DNA from: an uncultured beta proteobacterium
GTDB lineage: Bacteria; Pseudomonadota; Gammaproteobacteria; Burkholderiales; SG8-39
Length of the DNA stretch: 64,000 bases
Reading direction: 5' to 3'
Assembly (NCBI GenBank): GCA_963735025.1
Contig: CAVTJG010000009.1
Span: 1,771,424-1,835,423, forward strand
In this document: positions 1-10,024 of the stretch, piece after piece
How positions within the stretch are numbered: position 1 is the first letter of the stretch
Layout: the number at the start of each line of letters is the position of its first letter
Program-made: the position numbers and the translations under genes
The notes under the pieces: generated by a model
The model's input: only the letters and a program-made list of their open reading frames with translations
Told to the model about the DNA's origin: nothing
The model's database searches: none

Positions 1-54
1 ATCGTCGTCGCGGCATCGCGCGCGACGGAGCGCGCCGGCCCATTCGTTGGCGCG

Positions 55-744
55 ATGATCGCCACGCTGCCGGTGTCGACGGGCCCCGTGTACGCGTTCC
101 TGGCGATCGATCACGGCGCGCAGTTCATCTCCGACAGCGCACGGATCAGCGTCGCGAGCACCGCGGCCATCGTCGCGTTCGTCGCGGCGCACGCATTTGC
201 GGCACAGCGCTTTGCGACGGCTGTGTCGCTCGCGTTCGCGACGCTTGCGTGGTTCGGGATGGCGCTATTCCTTCAGCTGCGGGACTGGAGCTTTTTCGAA
301 GCGTGCGTGCTCTACGCCGGCAGCTTCATCCTGGCGATCCGTGGGCTGCGGCGGTTCGGAGGGGTGCAGCAGACGCGCCCGGTACCGCGCGCGCGTTTCG
401 ACCTCGTGTTGCGCGTCTCGCTCGTCTCCGCAGTGGTGATTGCCACGACGGTCGCCGGCAATTCGTTCGGCCACTTGGCCGCGGGGGTTCTCGCGACGTA
501 TCCGGTGGTCTTCACGTGCCTGATACTCATCCTGCAGCCGCGTTGCGGCGGGCCTTTCACCGCTTCGATGCTCGTGAACGGATTGAAGGGGCTCGTCGGC
601 TTCGGCATCGCGCTTGCCGTGTTGCATCTCGCTGCGGCGCGAATGAGTGCAGCGCCCGCGCTCCTGCTCGCCCTGGCCGTCGCGGTCGCGTGGAATTTCG
701 GGCTGTTCCTGCTCCGGACTCGTCGCGCCGCCGTCCGTACTTGA
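55..744 (+). CDS. integral membrane protein, family not recognised
   Basis: 229-aa track ORF, strongly hydrophobic with several TM-like stretches. The frame stays open back to base 1, so the gene may begin upstream of the window. Confidence 0.5.
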   Translation: MIATLPVSTGPVYAFLAIDHGAQFISDSARISVASTAAIVAFVAAHAFAAQRFATAVSLAFATLAWFGMALFLQLRDWSFFEACVLYAGSFILAIRGLRRFGGVQQTRPVPRARFDLVLRVSLVSAVVIATTVAGNSFGHLAAGVLATYPVVFTCLILILQPRCGGPFTASMLVNGLKGLVGFGIALAVLHLAAARMSAAPALLLALAVAVAWNFGLFLLRTRRAAVRT

Positions 745-752
745 GTTTCGCG

Positions 753-1946
753 TCAGGTGGGGCGTGGGGCTGCAGACTGTCGATTCAAGAACCGGATCAG
801 CAGCGCGCAGGTCTGCTCGGGCTGCTCCTGCTGTACCCAGTGGCCGGCACCGTCCACCAAGTGGCAGTCGATCATGCGCGTGCACGCGCGCGTTTGCATG
901 GTCTCAAGGTCTCCGGGTCGCTGGTAGATCCCCCAATCGCTCCGGCCCGCAATGAAGCATGCGGGCACGTCGATGGTACGGTCTGAAAAGAGCTGGAGCT
1001 CGGCGGAAAATTCGGCACTGGTTGCGCACCGGTACCAGTTCAGACCACCCTGGAAACCGGTGCGGTCGAATTCCGCGCTGTAGACGCGCAGCTCGTCCTC
1101 GGGAAGCCAGCGGCACGCGGCAATCTCGCGCGGCGACGGCATTTCGACCGCGACGGTCTCGGCCATTCCTTTGTCGCGGTCCATGATGTAGTACGTGGGC
1201 AGCTTCGCCAGCTCCTCGGCGGTCCACGAGGCGAGCTGGAAGGGCTGGTTGCGCTTCCAGTCCGCGCTCTTGTGGTGATAGTAGGCGCGCAGGAACGCGT
1301 GGATGCCCTGTGGACAATCGTGCATGTCGGCATCCGCGGCGCGCGTCGAGTAGTACCACTGGTAGTGCTTGCGCGGGCGCGGCAGCGCGGCGAGCTCTGC
1401 GTGGATATCGGGCGCGGGAGGGCGTGCGACTGGCTGACTCCGCGGAGCGCCGTGGCCGGTGGCGATCGGTGGGGGGCCCGCAAACGGCGCGCTCATCAGC
1501 GCCACCGAGCGAAACACGTCCGGCCGTATCAACGCGCACCACGCTGCGACGGGCGAGCCGAAGTCGTGCCCCACCACCGCGGCCACGGAGCGATAGCCGA
1601 GCGCGCCGACCAGGCCGAGGATGTCGCGCACCAGATTGAAGAAGCGGAACGACCCGACGTCTCCATCGTAGTCGCCATCCCAGCCGGTGGTCCGACCGTA
1701 GCCTCGCTGGTCGGGCGCGACGACGTGGTACCCGGCTGCAGCAATTGGCAGCATTACCTTGCGCCAGCTGTAGGCGAGCTCCGGAAATCCGTGCAACAGC
1801 AGGACGCAGGGGCGTCCCGGCTCCTCGAAGCCGGCTTCGAGCAGGTGCATCGTGAGGCCATTGACGCCGCTCACGTGACGCGCGCGAATCCCGGGCGGAA
1901 GGACTGTCGCGTCGAGCGCGGATATTTCGGTCAACCGGATCGGCAT
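753..1946 (-). CDS. alpha/beta-fold hydrolase, epoxide-hydrolase-like
   Basis: Track ORF 753..1970. Motifs HGFPELAYSWRKV and VVGHDFGS (nucleophile elbow). Start placed at ATG 1946 (MPIRLTEI); the 1970 codon is TTG. Confidence 0.8.
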   Translation of the reverse strand: MPIRLTEISALDATVLPPGIRARHVSGVNGLTMHLLEAGFEEPGRPCVLLLHGFPELAYSWRKVMLPIAAAGYHVVAPDQRGYGRTTGWDGDYDGDVGSFRFFNLVRDILGLVGALGYRSVAAVVGHDFGSPVAAWCALIRPDVFRSVALMSAPFAGPPPIATGHGAPRSQPVARPPAPDIHAELAALPRPRKHYQWYYSTRAADADMHDCPQGIHAFLRAYYHHKSADWKRNQPFQLASWTAEELAKLPTYYIMDRDKGMAETVAVEMPSPREIAACRWLPEDELRVYSAEFDRTGFQGGLNWYRCATSAEFSAELQLFSDRTIDVPACFIAGRSDWGIYQRPGDLETMQTRACTRMIDCHLVDGAGHWVQQEQPEQTCALLIRFLNRQSAAPRPT

Positions 1947-2136
1947 CTGCGAAGGATACCCGCGTACCAAAGTGGACTCCAGCGGTCACCGCGCTGCTCA
2001 CTTGAAATTCGGCACACCGAATCGCACATGAGCGTCCTATCGGATCGCCGTGCTTCATGTCTCGCGCCATTCGCGTGGCTTGACCCGAAATCGGTACGGG
2101 GAGATCCTTCCCGATCACTACTCGAGGAGTCCCGGC

Positions 2137-3015
2137 ATGAGCGCAACTCCGCGCACCGTCACCCGCCTGATCGACCCGGAGCCGACGATGGAGGGCGCCG
2201 GCGTGAAGCTGAATCGGCTCATCGCGGGGAGGCAGATCGACTGGATCGATCCGTTCCTGCTGCTGGATCACTTCGGCTCCGAGGAGCCCGCAGATTACAT
2301 GGCGGGATTTCCCATGCATCCGCATCGCGGGATCGAGACCGTCACGTACATGCTCGACGGCGAGACCGATCATCGCGATACGATGGGCAACGCGGGAACG
2401 ATCGGTCCCGGTGCCGTGCAGTGGATGAGTGCCGGCGGCGGCCTCCTGCACGAGGAGATGCCGCGTCCGGTGAAAGGGCGGCTGGAAGGCTTCCAGCTCT
2501 GGGTCAACCTGCCCGCCAAGCTCAAGATGAGCCGGCCGAACTATCAGGAGTTCACCGCCGAGCAGATTCCGGAAGCGCGCCGCGACGACGGGACGGTGAT
2601 CCGCGTAGTCGCGGGCGAGACCGACGGCGTACGCGGCGCGGTGACCGAGATCGCGATGCAGCCGACCTATCTCGACGTACACCTCGCCCCGGGCGCGAGC
2701 TTCGTTCAGCCCATTCCGCAGGGGCATGCGGCGTTTGCCTATGCGTATCGCGGGGGCGGCACGTTCGGTATCGGCGTGGACGGGAAGGGCACCGTCATGC
2801 AGGCGCCCCGACTCGCAATCCTGGGTGATGGCGGCTCCGTCGAAGTGCGTGCAGGTCCCGACGGTGCGCGATTCCTCCTGGTCAGCGGGCGGCCAACCCG
2901 CGAGGCGATCGCCCGCTACGGTCCGTTCGTGATGAATACCCGCGCCGAGATCATGCAGGCGGTCAACGATCTCAACAACGGGACGTTTGTATGGCAGGAA
3001 GGGAACCGCGCGTAG
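2137..3015 (+). CDS. pirin family protein
   Basis: Track ORF 2050..3015. Cupin/pirin motif FPMHPHRGIETVTYML. Start moved to ATG 2137 (MSATPRTV). Confidence 0.85.
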   Translation: MSATPRTVTRLIDPEPTMEGAGVKLNRLIAGRQIDWIDPFLLLDHFGSEEPADYMAGFPMHPHRGIETVTYMLDGETDHRDTMGNAGTIGPGAVQWMSAGGGLLHEEMPRPVKGRLEGFQLWVNLPAKLKMSRPNYQEFTAEQIPEARRDDGTVIRVVAGETDGVRGAVTEIAMQPTYLDVHLAPGASFVQPIPQGHAAFAYAYRGGGTFGIGVDGKGTVMQAPRLAILGDGGSVEVRAGPDGARFLLVSGRPTREAIARYGPFVMNTRAEIMQAVNDLNNGTFVWQEGNRA

Positions 3016-3098
3016 GGAGCAAAAATCGACGCGCGCACCACCCCAGCGCCCCTCCATTCTCATCCGTGGGCGCCTCGACGAACCATACAAGGATGGGT

Positions 3099-3117
3099 CC
3101 GCCCGCAGGGCGGGCGG
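3099..3117. terminator. GC-rich hairpin between the convergent pirin and FKBP genes
   Basis: CCGCCCGC-agg-GCGGGCGG, a perfect 8-bp stem lying between the two stop codons. Confidence 0.5.
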
Positions 3118-3123
3118 GGTGGT

Positions 3124-3468
3124 TCAGCTGACGCCGAGCAACTCCACTTCGAAGACGAGGGTCGCGTTCGGCGGGATGACGCGGCCGGCACCGCGCGCAC
3201 CGTAGCCGAGTGACGGCGGTATGGTGAGCTTGCGCCGACCGCCGACCTTCATGCCCTGCACGCCCTCGTCCCAGCCCGCGATGACGTGGCGCGCGCCGAG
3301 CGGGAATTCGAATGGGTCATTGCGATCCTTGCTCGAGTCGAACTTGGTTCCGTCGGTGAGCCAGCCCGTGTAATGCACGGTGACGGACTGGCCGGCAGCC
3401 GCTTCCGACCCGTCGCCGACCGCGAGCTCCTCGATGATCAATCCACTGGCCGTGGTATTCGTGCTCAT
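3124..3468 (-). CDS. FKBP-type peptidyl-prolyl cis-trans isomerase
   Basis: 114 aa; [18 protein letters not shown]...[24 protein letters not shown] is a classic FKBP core. Confidence 0.9.
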   Translation of the reverse strand: MSTNTTASGLIIEELAVGDGSEAAAGQSVTVHYTGWLTDGTKFDSSKDRNDPFEFPLGARHVIAGWDEGVQGMKVGGRRKLTIPPSLGYGARGAGRVIPPNATLVFEVELLGVS

Positions 3469-3489
3469 GTGGCAGCCTCCCTTGTCGTC

Positions 3490-4363
3490 CTAGCGCCCGC
3501 TCGCCTGCAGGGCGGCGATGCGCTGCTCGATCGGCGGGTGGGTGGAGAAGAGCGCCATCCAGCCCGGCCGATCGTTGATGCCCATGGTGCGAATCGCCTC
3601 CGGAAGCGCACCGGGCTCGATGCCACCGAGGCGGGCGAGTGCGTTCACCATCGGCCGGCTCGAGCCGAGGTACTGCGCGGAACCCGCATCGGCACGAAAT
3701 TCCCGCCGCCGCGAGAACCACGCGACGATCATCGAGGCGAGGATGCCGAGCGCGATCTGGCAGACGATGGACGTGATGAAGAATCCGGGCCCGACGCCGC
3801 GCTCGGTCTTGAAGATCACGCGGTCGACGAAGAATCCCGCCACGCGTGAGAGGAAGATCACGAAGGTGTTCACGACGCCCTGGATGAGTGTCAGCGTGAC
3901 CATGTCGCCGTTCGCGACGTGCGCGATCTCGTGGCCGAGCACCGCCTCGATCTCCTCCTGGTTCATCGACCCGAGGAGCCCCGTCGAGACCGCTACGAGC
4001 GCCGAATTCTTGAAAGCCCCGGTCGCGAAGGCATTCGGCGCACCCTCGTAGATCGCCACGTCAGGCATGCCGATTTGCGCCTGGTCGGCCAGGTGCTTGA
4101 CGGTGGTGACGAGCCAGCGCTCCGTCTCGTTCTGCCGGCGTCGCGATCACTTTGGCGCCGGTAGACCACTTCGCCATCGGCTTCGAGATCAGCAACGAGA
4201 TGATCGATCCCGCGAAACCGATGACCGCCGAGAAAACCAGGAGCGCGCTGTAGTCGATGCCCTGCTGGGTCAGGTACTGACCGATGCCGAACACCTGCAT
4301 GATGATCGTCAGGACCAGCAGCACGGCGATGTTGGTGACGAGGAACAGTAATATCCGCTTCAT
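3490..4363 (-). pseudogene. htpX: protease HtpX, reading frame broken by one extra base near 4129
   Basis: N-terminal ORF 4061..4363 ([16 protein letters not shown]...KVIATPAE) and C-terminal ORF 3490..4068 ([17 protein letters not shown]...[10 protein letters not shown]) are the two halves of HtpX. Shifting frame at 4129 restores ...[30 protein letters not shown]. Span is 874 nt, i.e. 3n+1. Confidence 0.85.
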
Positions 4364-4513
4364 ACGGAAAACCCTTCAGAGTTGATGCCGGGGAACGGAT
4401 TGCGGCGCGCATGGTAGCACTCCGCCACCACGTCGCCGCGCCGTTCCGCTACCTTGGTGGGTGCGCGGCGGCAGGAAGTTCCCGCACGCGGTTACTGAAT
4501 CCGCGGGCCGCCG

Positions 4514-5182
4514 CTAGTTGCACATCGATTCCAGCTGGGCCCTCATGCGCTGAATGTTCTGCTCGCACATGGCGCGGTTTGCGCCGGCGTTGGCGCACAT
4601 TGTGCCCGGGTTCATGCTGCCGAGCTGCGCCTGGGCCTGCTGGCATTCCGGGCTGTTCTTGTTCATGCGCATGCCCGCACCCGGGCGTGCGCCGATGCCC
4701 ATTCCGGGGCCCGACTGGGTGCACTGCGCGCTCTCGAACGTGTAGCGCGCTTTCATGGAGTAGCTTTCGCCACGGCGCGTTCCCGCCGTCTGCATGAGGA
4801 ACGACTTGTCACCCTCCCGCGTGATCGTGGCGCGCATCGTGCTGTCCGGGCAGGTGGTTTCCATGACCGCCTCGGTGGCGGTGTCCTTCAGAATCTGCAC
4901 TTTGCAGTCGGGCCTTTCCCGGCCTCCCGGGCCGGCCTGATTTCTGCCCATATCCCGGACGTCGTCCATGCAGACCGACATCGCGCCGGGCATGCCGCCC
5001 GCATGTTGGGCGCCTTTCGCGCTCAATTCCAGAAACTCCATCTTCCATTGCCCCTTCTGGAAGGGCGCGTCGCGAAACACCTGCGGCATGGGCATGTCCG
5101 CAGCGAGAGCGAGGGTGCCTGGCGCCACGGCAACCACGGTCAGTGCGCCCAGCGCGATAAAGGCGTTGGAGAATCGGGTCAT
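4514..5182 (-). CDS. secreted Cys-containing protein, DUF3617-like (tentative)
   Basis: 222 aa. N-terminal signal peptide MTRFSNAFIALGALTVVAVAPGTLALA, a GQWKME motif and several conserved-looking Cys. Family assignment is from memory only. Confidence 0.5.
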   Translation of the reverse strand: MTRFSNAFIALGALTVVAVAPGTLALAADMPMPQVFRDAPFQKGQWKMEFLELSAKGAQHAGGMPGAMSVCMDDVRDMGRNQAGPGGRERPDCKVQILKDTATEAVMETTCPDSTMRATITREGDKSFLMQTAGTRRGESYSMKARYTFESAQCTQSGPGMGIGARPGAGMRMNKNSPECQQAQAQLGSMNPGTMCANAGANRAMCEQNIQRMRAQLESMCN

Positions 5183-5270
5183 GTCGGCCTCCTGGTGTGT
5201 GCGGAGGCGATGATAGCAAGCCCCCCGCGAGGCGTCGCGCGGGGGGGCCGGGCGGCGGCTCGTGCGGGCG

Positions 5271-5963
5271 CTACCGGCTCGCCGAGGGTGCGAGCTGGCC
5301 AGCGGTCGCCGGCTCGGCGACGAAGATCTCGACGCGGCGGTTCATCGCACGACCCTGGGCGGTGCTGTTGTCCGCGATGGGATCACGCGAACCGCGTCCG
5401 TCGATTGCGACGCGGGTCGGTGCAACGCCCCGTGCGGACAGATAGTCGCGCGTGCTCGCTGCGCGATTGACCGATAGCGGATTGTTGATCGCGTCGCTCC
5501 CGGTGCTGTCCGTGTACCCGATGATGCGCACCGTCGAGCTGGGATAAGTCGTGAGACCCTGCGCAAAGCGGTCGAGCACGGGCCGCATCTGGGGCTTGAT
5601 GTAAGCCTGGTTCACGTCGAAGGAGATGTCGCTCGGGATCTCCAGCTTGAGCTGGTTGTCCGCCGTCCTGGTCACCTCGACGCCGGTGCCCTGGGTCGCT
5701 TCGTCCATCGCGCGCTTCTGCTCCTGCATGTGCTGGGACCAGACGTATCCGCTTGCAGCGCCAACGGCGGCACCGATGCCGGCGCCCGCGGCTGCGCCGC
5801 GTCCACCGCGGGCGATTCCACCGATCACCGCGCCGGCCGCAGCACCGATGCCGGCGCCCGTGGCAGTCGTCTTCTGCGTCTCGTTCATTCCGGCGCATCC
5901 CGAGAGCGCCAGGGCGCCGATCGCGGTGGCTACGATGATTCGTGACTTGATGTGCGTGTTCAT
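5271..5963 (-). CDS. OmpA-family lipoprotein with glycine-zipper N-terminal region
   Basis: Lipobox LALSGC after start MNTHIKSRII (ATG 5963, AAGGGAG Shine-Dalgarno sequence (SD) upstream). C-terminal OmpA_C motif IIGYTDSTGSDAINNPLSVNRAASTRDYL...NRRVEIFV. Confidence 0.8.
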   Translation of the reverse strand: MNTHIKSRIIVATAIGALALSGCAGMNETQKTTATGAGIGAAAGAVIGGIARGGRGAAAGAGIGAAVGAASGYVWSQHMQEQKRAMDEATQGTGVEVTRTADNQLKLEIPSDISFDVNQAYIKPQMRPVLDRFAQGLTTYPSSTVRIIGYTDSTGSDAINNPLSVNRAASTRDYLSARGVAPTRVAIDGRGSRDPIADNSTAQGRAMNRRVEIFVAEPATAGQLAPSASR

Positions 5964-6168
5964 GAGCTGTGCTCCCTTTCGAGAAATTCGTGGTGCAATT
6001 CTAGCGACGCACCGGCGCAAAAAAAGGACCTGTTGCACTTTGTTACGACCGAAACATCTGGAGCGGAGTAGGCGTCGTCGACAAACGACAGTTTCGGCGC
6101 CGGGAGATGGGGCGGCGTGAGATCCGTCACGTCCTTGTTAACATGGGGTCGAAATCGAAAGGGGCAAG

Positions 6169-7122
6169 ATGGCTGAGCAGAATGATTCCGCGGGCTTGAC
6201 GGACAGTGCGGCGAGCGGACTGCAGCGCGCGCTGCGCGATGGGCGTTTTGTCGTCACCGCCGAAGTTTCGCCCCCACTTTCGGCCGATGCGGCCGCTTTC
6301 GTCGCGCAGGTGACGCCGCTGCGTGGTCTCGCGACCGCCGTCAACGTCACCGACGGCGCCTCGGCGAAGACGCACATGTCGAGTCTCGTGGCTGCGCACT
6401 TTCTCGTGCAGAGCGGCATCGAGCCCGTTCTGCAGATGACTTGCCGTGATCGAAACCGACTGGCATTGCAGGCCGACCTTTTGGGCGCGGTCGCGCTCGG
6501 TATTCGCAATGTTCTGGTGCTGCGCGGCGACGAGCCCTCTGCCGGTGATCAGCCGGAGACCCGGGCAGTCTTCGACCTTGCCACCACGGATGTGCTCGCC
6601 ATGGCGCATCGCATGCGCGCGGAGCGTCGCCTCCCGTCCGGTGCAGAGATCGCGAGCCCGGTGCCGTTGGTGCTTGGTGCGGCGGACACACCGGTCGATC
6701 CGCCGCAGGACTGGCAGCCGGCCGGGCTCATCGCGAAGGCGGCTGCCGGCGCGGATTTCGTGCAGACGCAGTTCTGCATGGATCTGGAGGTCGTGCGTCG
6801 CTATGCCGCGCGACTCCTCGCGCTCGGCATTGCGCAGCGCCTCCCGATACTCATCGGCGTCGCACCGATCCCGTCGGCGCGCTCGGCGCGCTGGATGCGG
6901 GAAAAGCTCTGGGGGACGCTCATTCCGGACGCGCTCGTCGACCGTCTCGAGCGCGCGTCGGATCCGCGGCGCGAGGGGATGCAAGTCTGCGTGGAACTGA
7001 TGCAGGGACTCGCGGCGATTCCGGGTGTTGCCGGCGTGCACGTCATGGCACCCCGCATGCATACGGCGTTGCCGGAAGTCATCAGGGAGTCCGGCGTCGC
7101 GGGGCGTCCGCGCGCAGCCTAG
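6169..7122 (+). CDS. methylenetetrahydrofolate reductase family protein
   Basis: 317 aa. VTAEVSPP...NVTDGASAKTHMSS...LQMTCRDRN...LVLRGD pattern typical of MetF-type TIM-barrel reductases. Confidence 0.7.
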   Translation: MAEQNDSAGLTDSAASGLQRALRDGRFVVTAEVSPPLSADAAAFVAQVTPLRGLATAVNVTDGASAKTHMSSLVAAHFLVQSGIEPVLQMTCRDRNRLALQADLLGAVALGIRNVLVLRGDEPSAGDQPETRAVFDLATTDVLAMAHRMRAERRLPSGAEIASPVPLVLGAADTPVDPPQDWQPAGLIAKAAAGADFVQTQFCMDLEVVRRYAARLLALGIAQRLPILIGVAPIPSARSARWMREKLWGTLIPDALVDRLERASDPRREGMQVCVELMQGLAAIPGVAGVHVMAPRMHTALPEVIRESGVAGRPRAA

Positions 7123-7140
7123 GGGGCCGTCCCCGGAAGT

Positions 7141-7170
7141 CCGTCATTCCCGCTTGCGCGGGAATGACGG
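7141..7170. repeat. REP-like palindrome (GTCATTCCCGC-N4-GCGGGAATGAC core)
   Basis: CCGTCATTCCCGC-ttgc-GCGGGAATGACGG, a perfect 13-bp stem between convergent metF-like and gshA stops. The same core recurs at 25229..25251. Confidence 0.75.
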
Positions 7171-7188
7171 GTCCTAATCGGACCTTTC

Positions 7189-8770
7189 CTATCTCAAGTG
7201 CGGGCCGCCGATCAGGTTCTGGCTGATGTACTGCTGGCGGTAGGTCTCGAACGGCACCTTGTCGGCCGCCTCGATGCTGCGCTGCGTGGCGATCGATTCG
7301 TCGGTCATGTGCGCATATCGCGATTCAATTTCCTGCGTGAAAGGCAGATCCAGCAACGCGTCCCGGTGCCGCATGGATTGCGTTCTGCCGAACTGGACGT
7401 AGGAGTTTGCATGGCTCTCGGCCATCTGGTGCAATATCTGCGCGGACGGCACGCGCGCCGGATCGCCGAGCGCGGACGCGCGCTTCGGCGAGTGCCGCCA
7501 CGTAGGACGACCCGCCGTGGGCAGTGTCGAGCGCGGCGGCGATCGACTCGCTTGCGTCGAGCACTGCGAAACCTCGTTCCCTGAGGGTCGTCCCGGGGCC
7601 GCGTTCGACGAGTTGCAGCGCCGCGTCGCGTCCGCTCTCGGCGACCCGCTGCCGGTCGTAAGTGATCGCGGAGACTTCCTCGGGCGTGTCGGGGGGACTG
7701 TCGTCGAGGAGGCAGTAGAGCAGGAACACGTCGAGAAAGCGCATCGTCTCCGCGGCGATGCCGACCGGGGAGAAGGGATCGAGATCCATCAGCCGGACCT
7801 CGACATACTCTACGCCGCGCTCGCCCAGCGCGTGCAGCGGCCGCTCGCCCCGGCCGATGTGGCGTTTCGGACGGACGGTGCCGTAAAATTCGTTCTCGAT
7901 CTGCAGCAGGCTGGTGGACAGCTGGCGATACTCGTTTCCGTCCCGGATGCCGATGGCTTCGTAGGGCGGATACGGCTCGGTGAGCGCGCCGTGCAACGAC
8001 TGCGCGTAGCTTCCGAGGCCGTTGTAGCTCACGCCGAGCGTCGCCTGCGCATCGCTCTGGTAGCCGAGCGGACCCATGCGCAGCGACGTCGCGTGCGGCA
8101 GATACATCGTTCCGGGCGTCAGTTCCTGCAGCCGATGGGCACGGCCGGCGACGAAGGTGCTGCACACGGTGGGCGACGCGCCGAAGAGATAGAGCAGCAG
8201 CCACGAGTGCCTGCGGAAATTTCGCATCAGGGCGAAGTACGCCGCGTCCTGGAAGAATTCCGTCGCGACACTTCCTCCGGCGACCTTGCGCAGCAGCGGC
8301 CACGCCGCTTCCGGCAGCGAGAAGTTGTAGTGCACGCCGGAGATGGTCTGCATGCGCCGGCCATAGCGATGGCCGAGTCCGAGCCGGTACACGGTCTTGG
8401 TGCGGCCGACGTTCGACGAGCCGTACTGGCCAATGGGAATCGCGTCGTCCGCAGGCAGGCCGCAGGGCATGCTTGCGCACCAGAGCATCTCGTCGCCGAT
8501 CGCTCGATACACGACCTGGTGGATCTGCTCGAGCTCTGCGATGCACGCACCCACATCGGTGTGCACGCCGGTGATCAACTCGAGCTGCGACTCGCTGAAG
8601 TCGGTGGTGATGTGCGGATGCGTGAGCGCCGACCCGAGACCCGCAGGGTGGGGCGTCGTGGCCAGCTTGCCATTCGCCTGCACGCGCAGGCTCTCCTTCT
8701 CGATGCCGCGCCGGATGCCCTTCAGCACCTCGGGAGGCAGCGCATTCAGCCGTTTCTCGATGCCGCTCAA
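7189..8770 (-). pseudogene. gshA: glutamate--cysteine ligase, frame broken by one extra base near 7471-7486
   Basis: ORF 7325..8770 (MSGIEKRLNALPPEVLKGIRRGIEKESLRV...) carries most of GshA. ORF 7189..7452 (..PSAQILHQMAESHANSYVQF...) is the expected C-terminus in another frame. The junction restores ...ALAEAR..LGDPARVPSAQIL. Span is 1582 nt, i.e. 3n+1. Confidence 0.85.
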
Positions 8771-8839
8771 ACGGCGACTCCTTCGATCGAAGGGGGTTAG
8801 AGTAGCAGACCCGCGTGTTCCGAACGTGCGTGCGCCGCC

Positions 8840-9991
8840 TCAAAGGCGATGCAGCTGGAAGTGCAGCGTCACCCCGAGCGCGGTGAAGAGCAGACCGAAG
8901 CCGGCGATCATCCACGGATAGCCGAATGCGGCCACCCCGGCGCCCATGAGCGCGGCGCCCACGGCCTGGCCGGAGGCCCAGAACATCGAGAATTGCGAGA
9001 ACCCCGTCGCGCGCGACTGCGGTGCCATCTCGGCCGCCTTCACCTGCAGGGTGTTGTGCACCATGTAAAAGGAGAACCCCACGCCGATGGTGCACACCAT
9101 GACGAGTGGCCAGACGGGCACGAGGACCACTGCCACGTAGCAGACGCCGCCGAGCAGCCCGCCGACCAGGACGCAGCCCCTTTGCCCGAGCCGCGGCAGG
9201 ACCCAGTGCACCGTCGCGATGTAGATCAGTCCGCCGAGCCCGAACCCCATCAGCAGCACGCCGATGAGAGTGTAGGGAAGCTCGAATTTCGACCTCAGCA
9301 TCGCGCCGAGGAAGGAGAACGCCCCGAAGAAGAAGACCATTTCCAGAAACACCGCGCCGAGCACTGCGCGCGTCTTCGGGAGCTTCAGGAGGGCGAGGTG
9401 CACGGCAGGGGAAAACAGCGGGCCGGTCGCGCGGGGCCCGGAAACCCATTCCGCGCGCGTGCGCAGAAAAAGGACCAGGCCGACGGCCGCAAACACTGCT
9501 CCGAGCAGGACGAACGTCGCGCGCCAGCCCGCGAGATCAGTCAGTGCGCCGCCGACCAAGGGGCCGAGAGATTGGCCGATGATCGTGCCCGAAATGAAGC
9601 GTGCGATGACGAGCTGCCGCCGCTCGGCCGAGACCGTATCCGCGACGTACGCCATGCCAAGGGTCATGGTGGCCGAGACGAAGAGCCCCGTGGCGAACCG
9701 CCACGCGATCAGCGCGGAGAGGCTGCCTGCGAATGCGCAGCCGAGCGATGCGAGCGTCGCGAAGGCCATCATGATCGTCACCACCCGCAGCTTTCCGTAG
9801 CGGTCGCCGAGCGGGCCATGGAAGTACTGCGCCCCCGCCTGCGCCAGCGCAAATGCGGTGATCACCGCGGCTGTCGCCGGGACGGTCGTGCCGAAATCGC
9901 TCGCGAGCCGAGGCAGCATCGGCTCGACGACGCGCATGGCGATGCCGGTGTTGGCCGCGGCGATCGCGAGGAGAACGATGGTTTCCTTCAC
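8840..9991 (-). CDS. MFS transporter
   Basis: 383 aa with about 12 hydrophobic segments and an MFS-type loop motif GPLGDRYGKLRV. GTG start. Confidence 0.8.
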   Translation of the reverse strand: MKETIVLLAIAAANTGIAMRVVEPMLPRLASDFGTTVPATAAVITAFALAQAGAQYFHGPLGDRYGKLRVVTIMMAFATLASLGCAFAGSLSALIAWRFATGLFVSATMTLGMAYVADTVSAERRQLVIARFISGTIIGQSLGPLVGGALTDLAGWRATFVLLGAVFAAVGLVLFLRTRAEWVSGPRATGPLFSPAVHLALLKLPKTRAVLGAVFLEMVFFFGAFSFLGAMLRSKFELPYTLIGVLLMGFGLGGLIYIATVHWVLPRLGQRGCVLVGGLLGGVCYVAVVLVPVWPLVMVCTIGVGFSFYMVHNTLQVKAAEMAPQSRATGFSQFSMFWASGQAVGAALMGAGVAAFGYPWMIAGFGLLFTALGVTLHFQLHRL

Positions 9992-10006
9992 TTAACAGTG
10001 TGTTAA
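9992..10006. repeat. 15-bp palindrome TTAACA-gtg-TGTTAA abutting the MFS start codon (possible operator)
   Basis: Read directly. AT-rich dyad in an otherwise GC-rich context, immediately upstream of GTG 9991. Confidence 0.3.
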
Positions 10007-10024
10007 ATAACCCGGTGCATGCCC

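Noticed and set aside
904-3090. 728-aa minus-strand ORF spanning the hydrolase and pirin genes.
   Set aside because: Arg/Ala/Pro-rich low-complexity translation. It overlaps two genes with clear family motifs and is a typical spurious long ORF of high-GC DNA.
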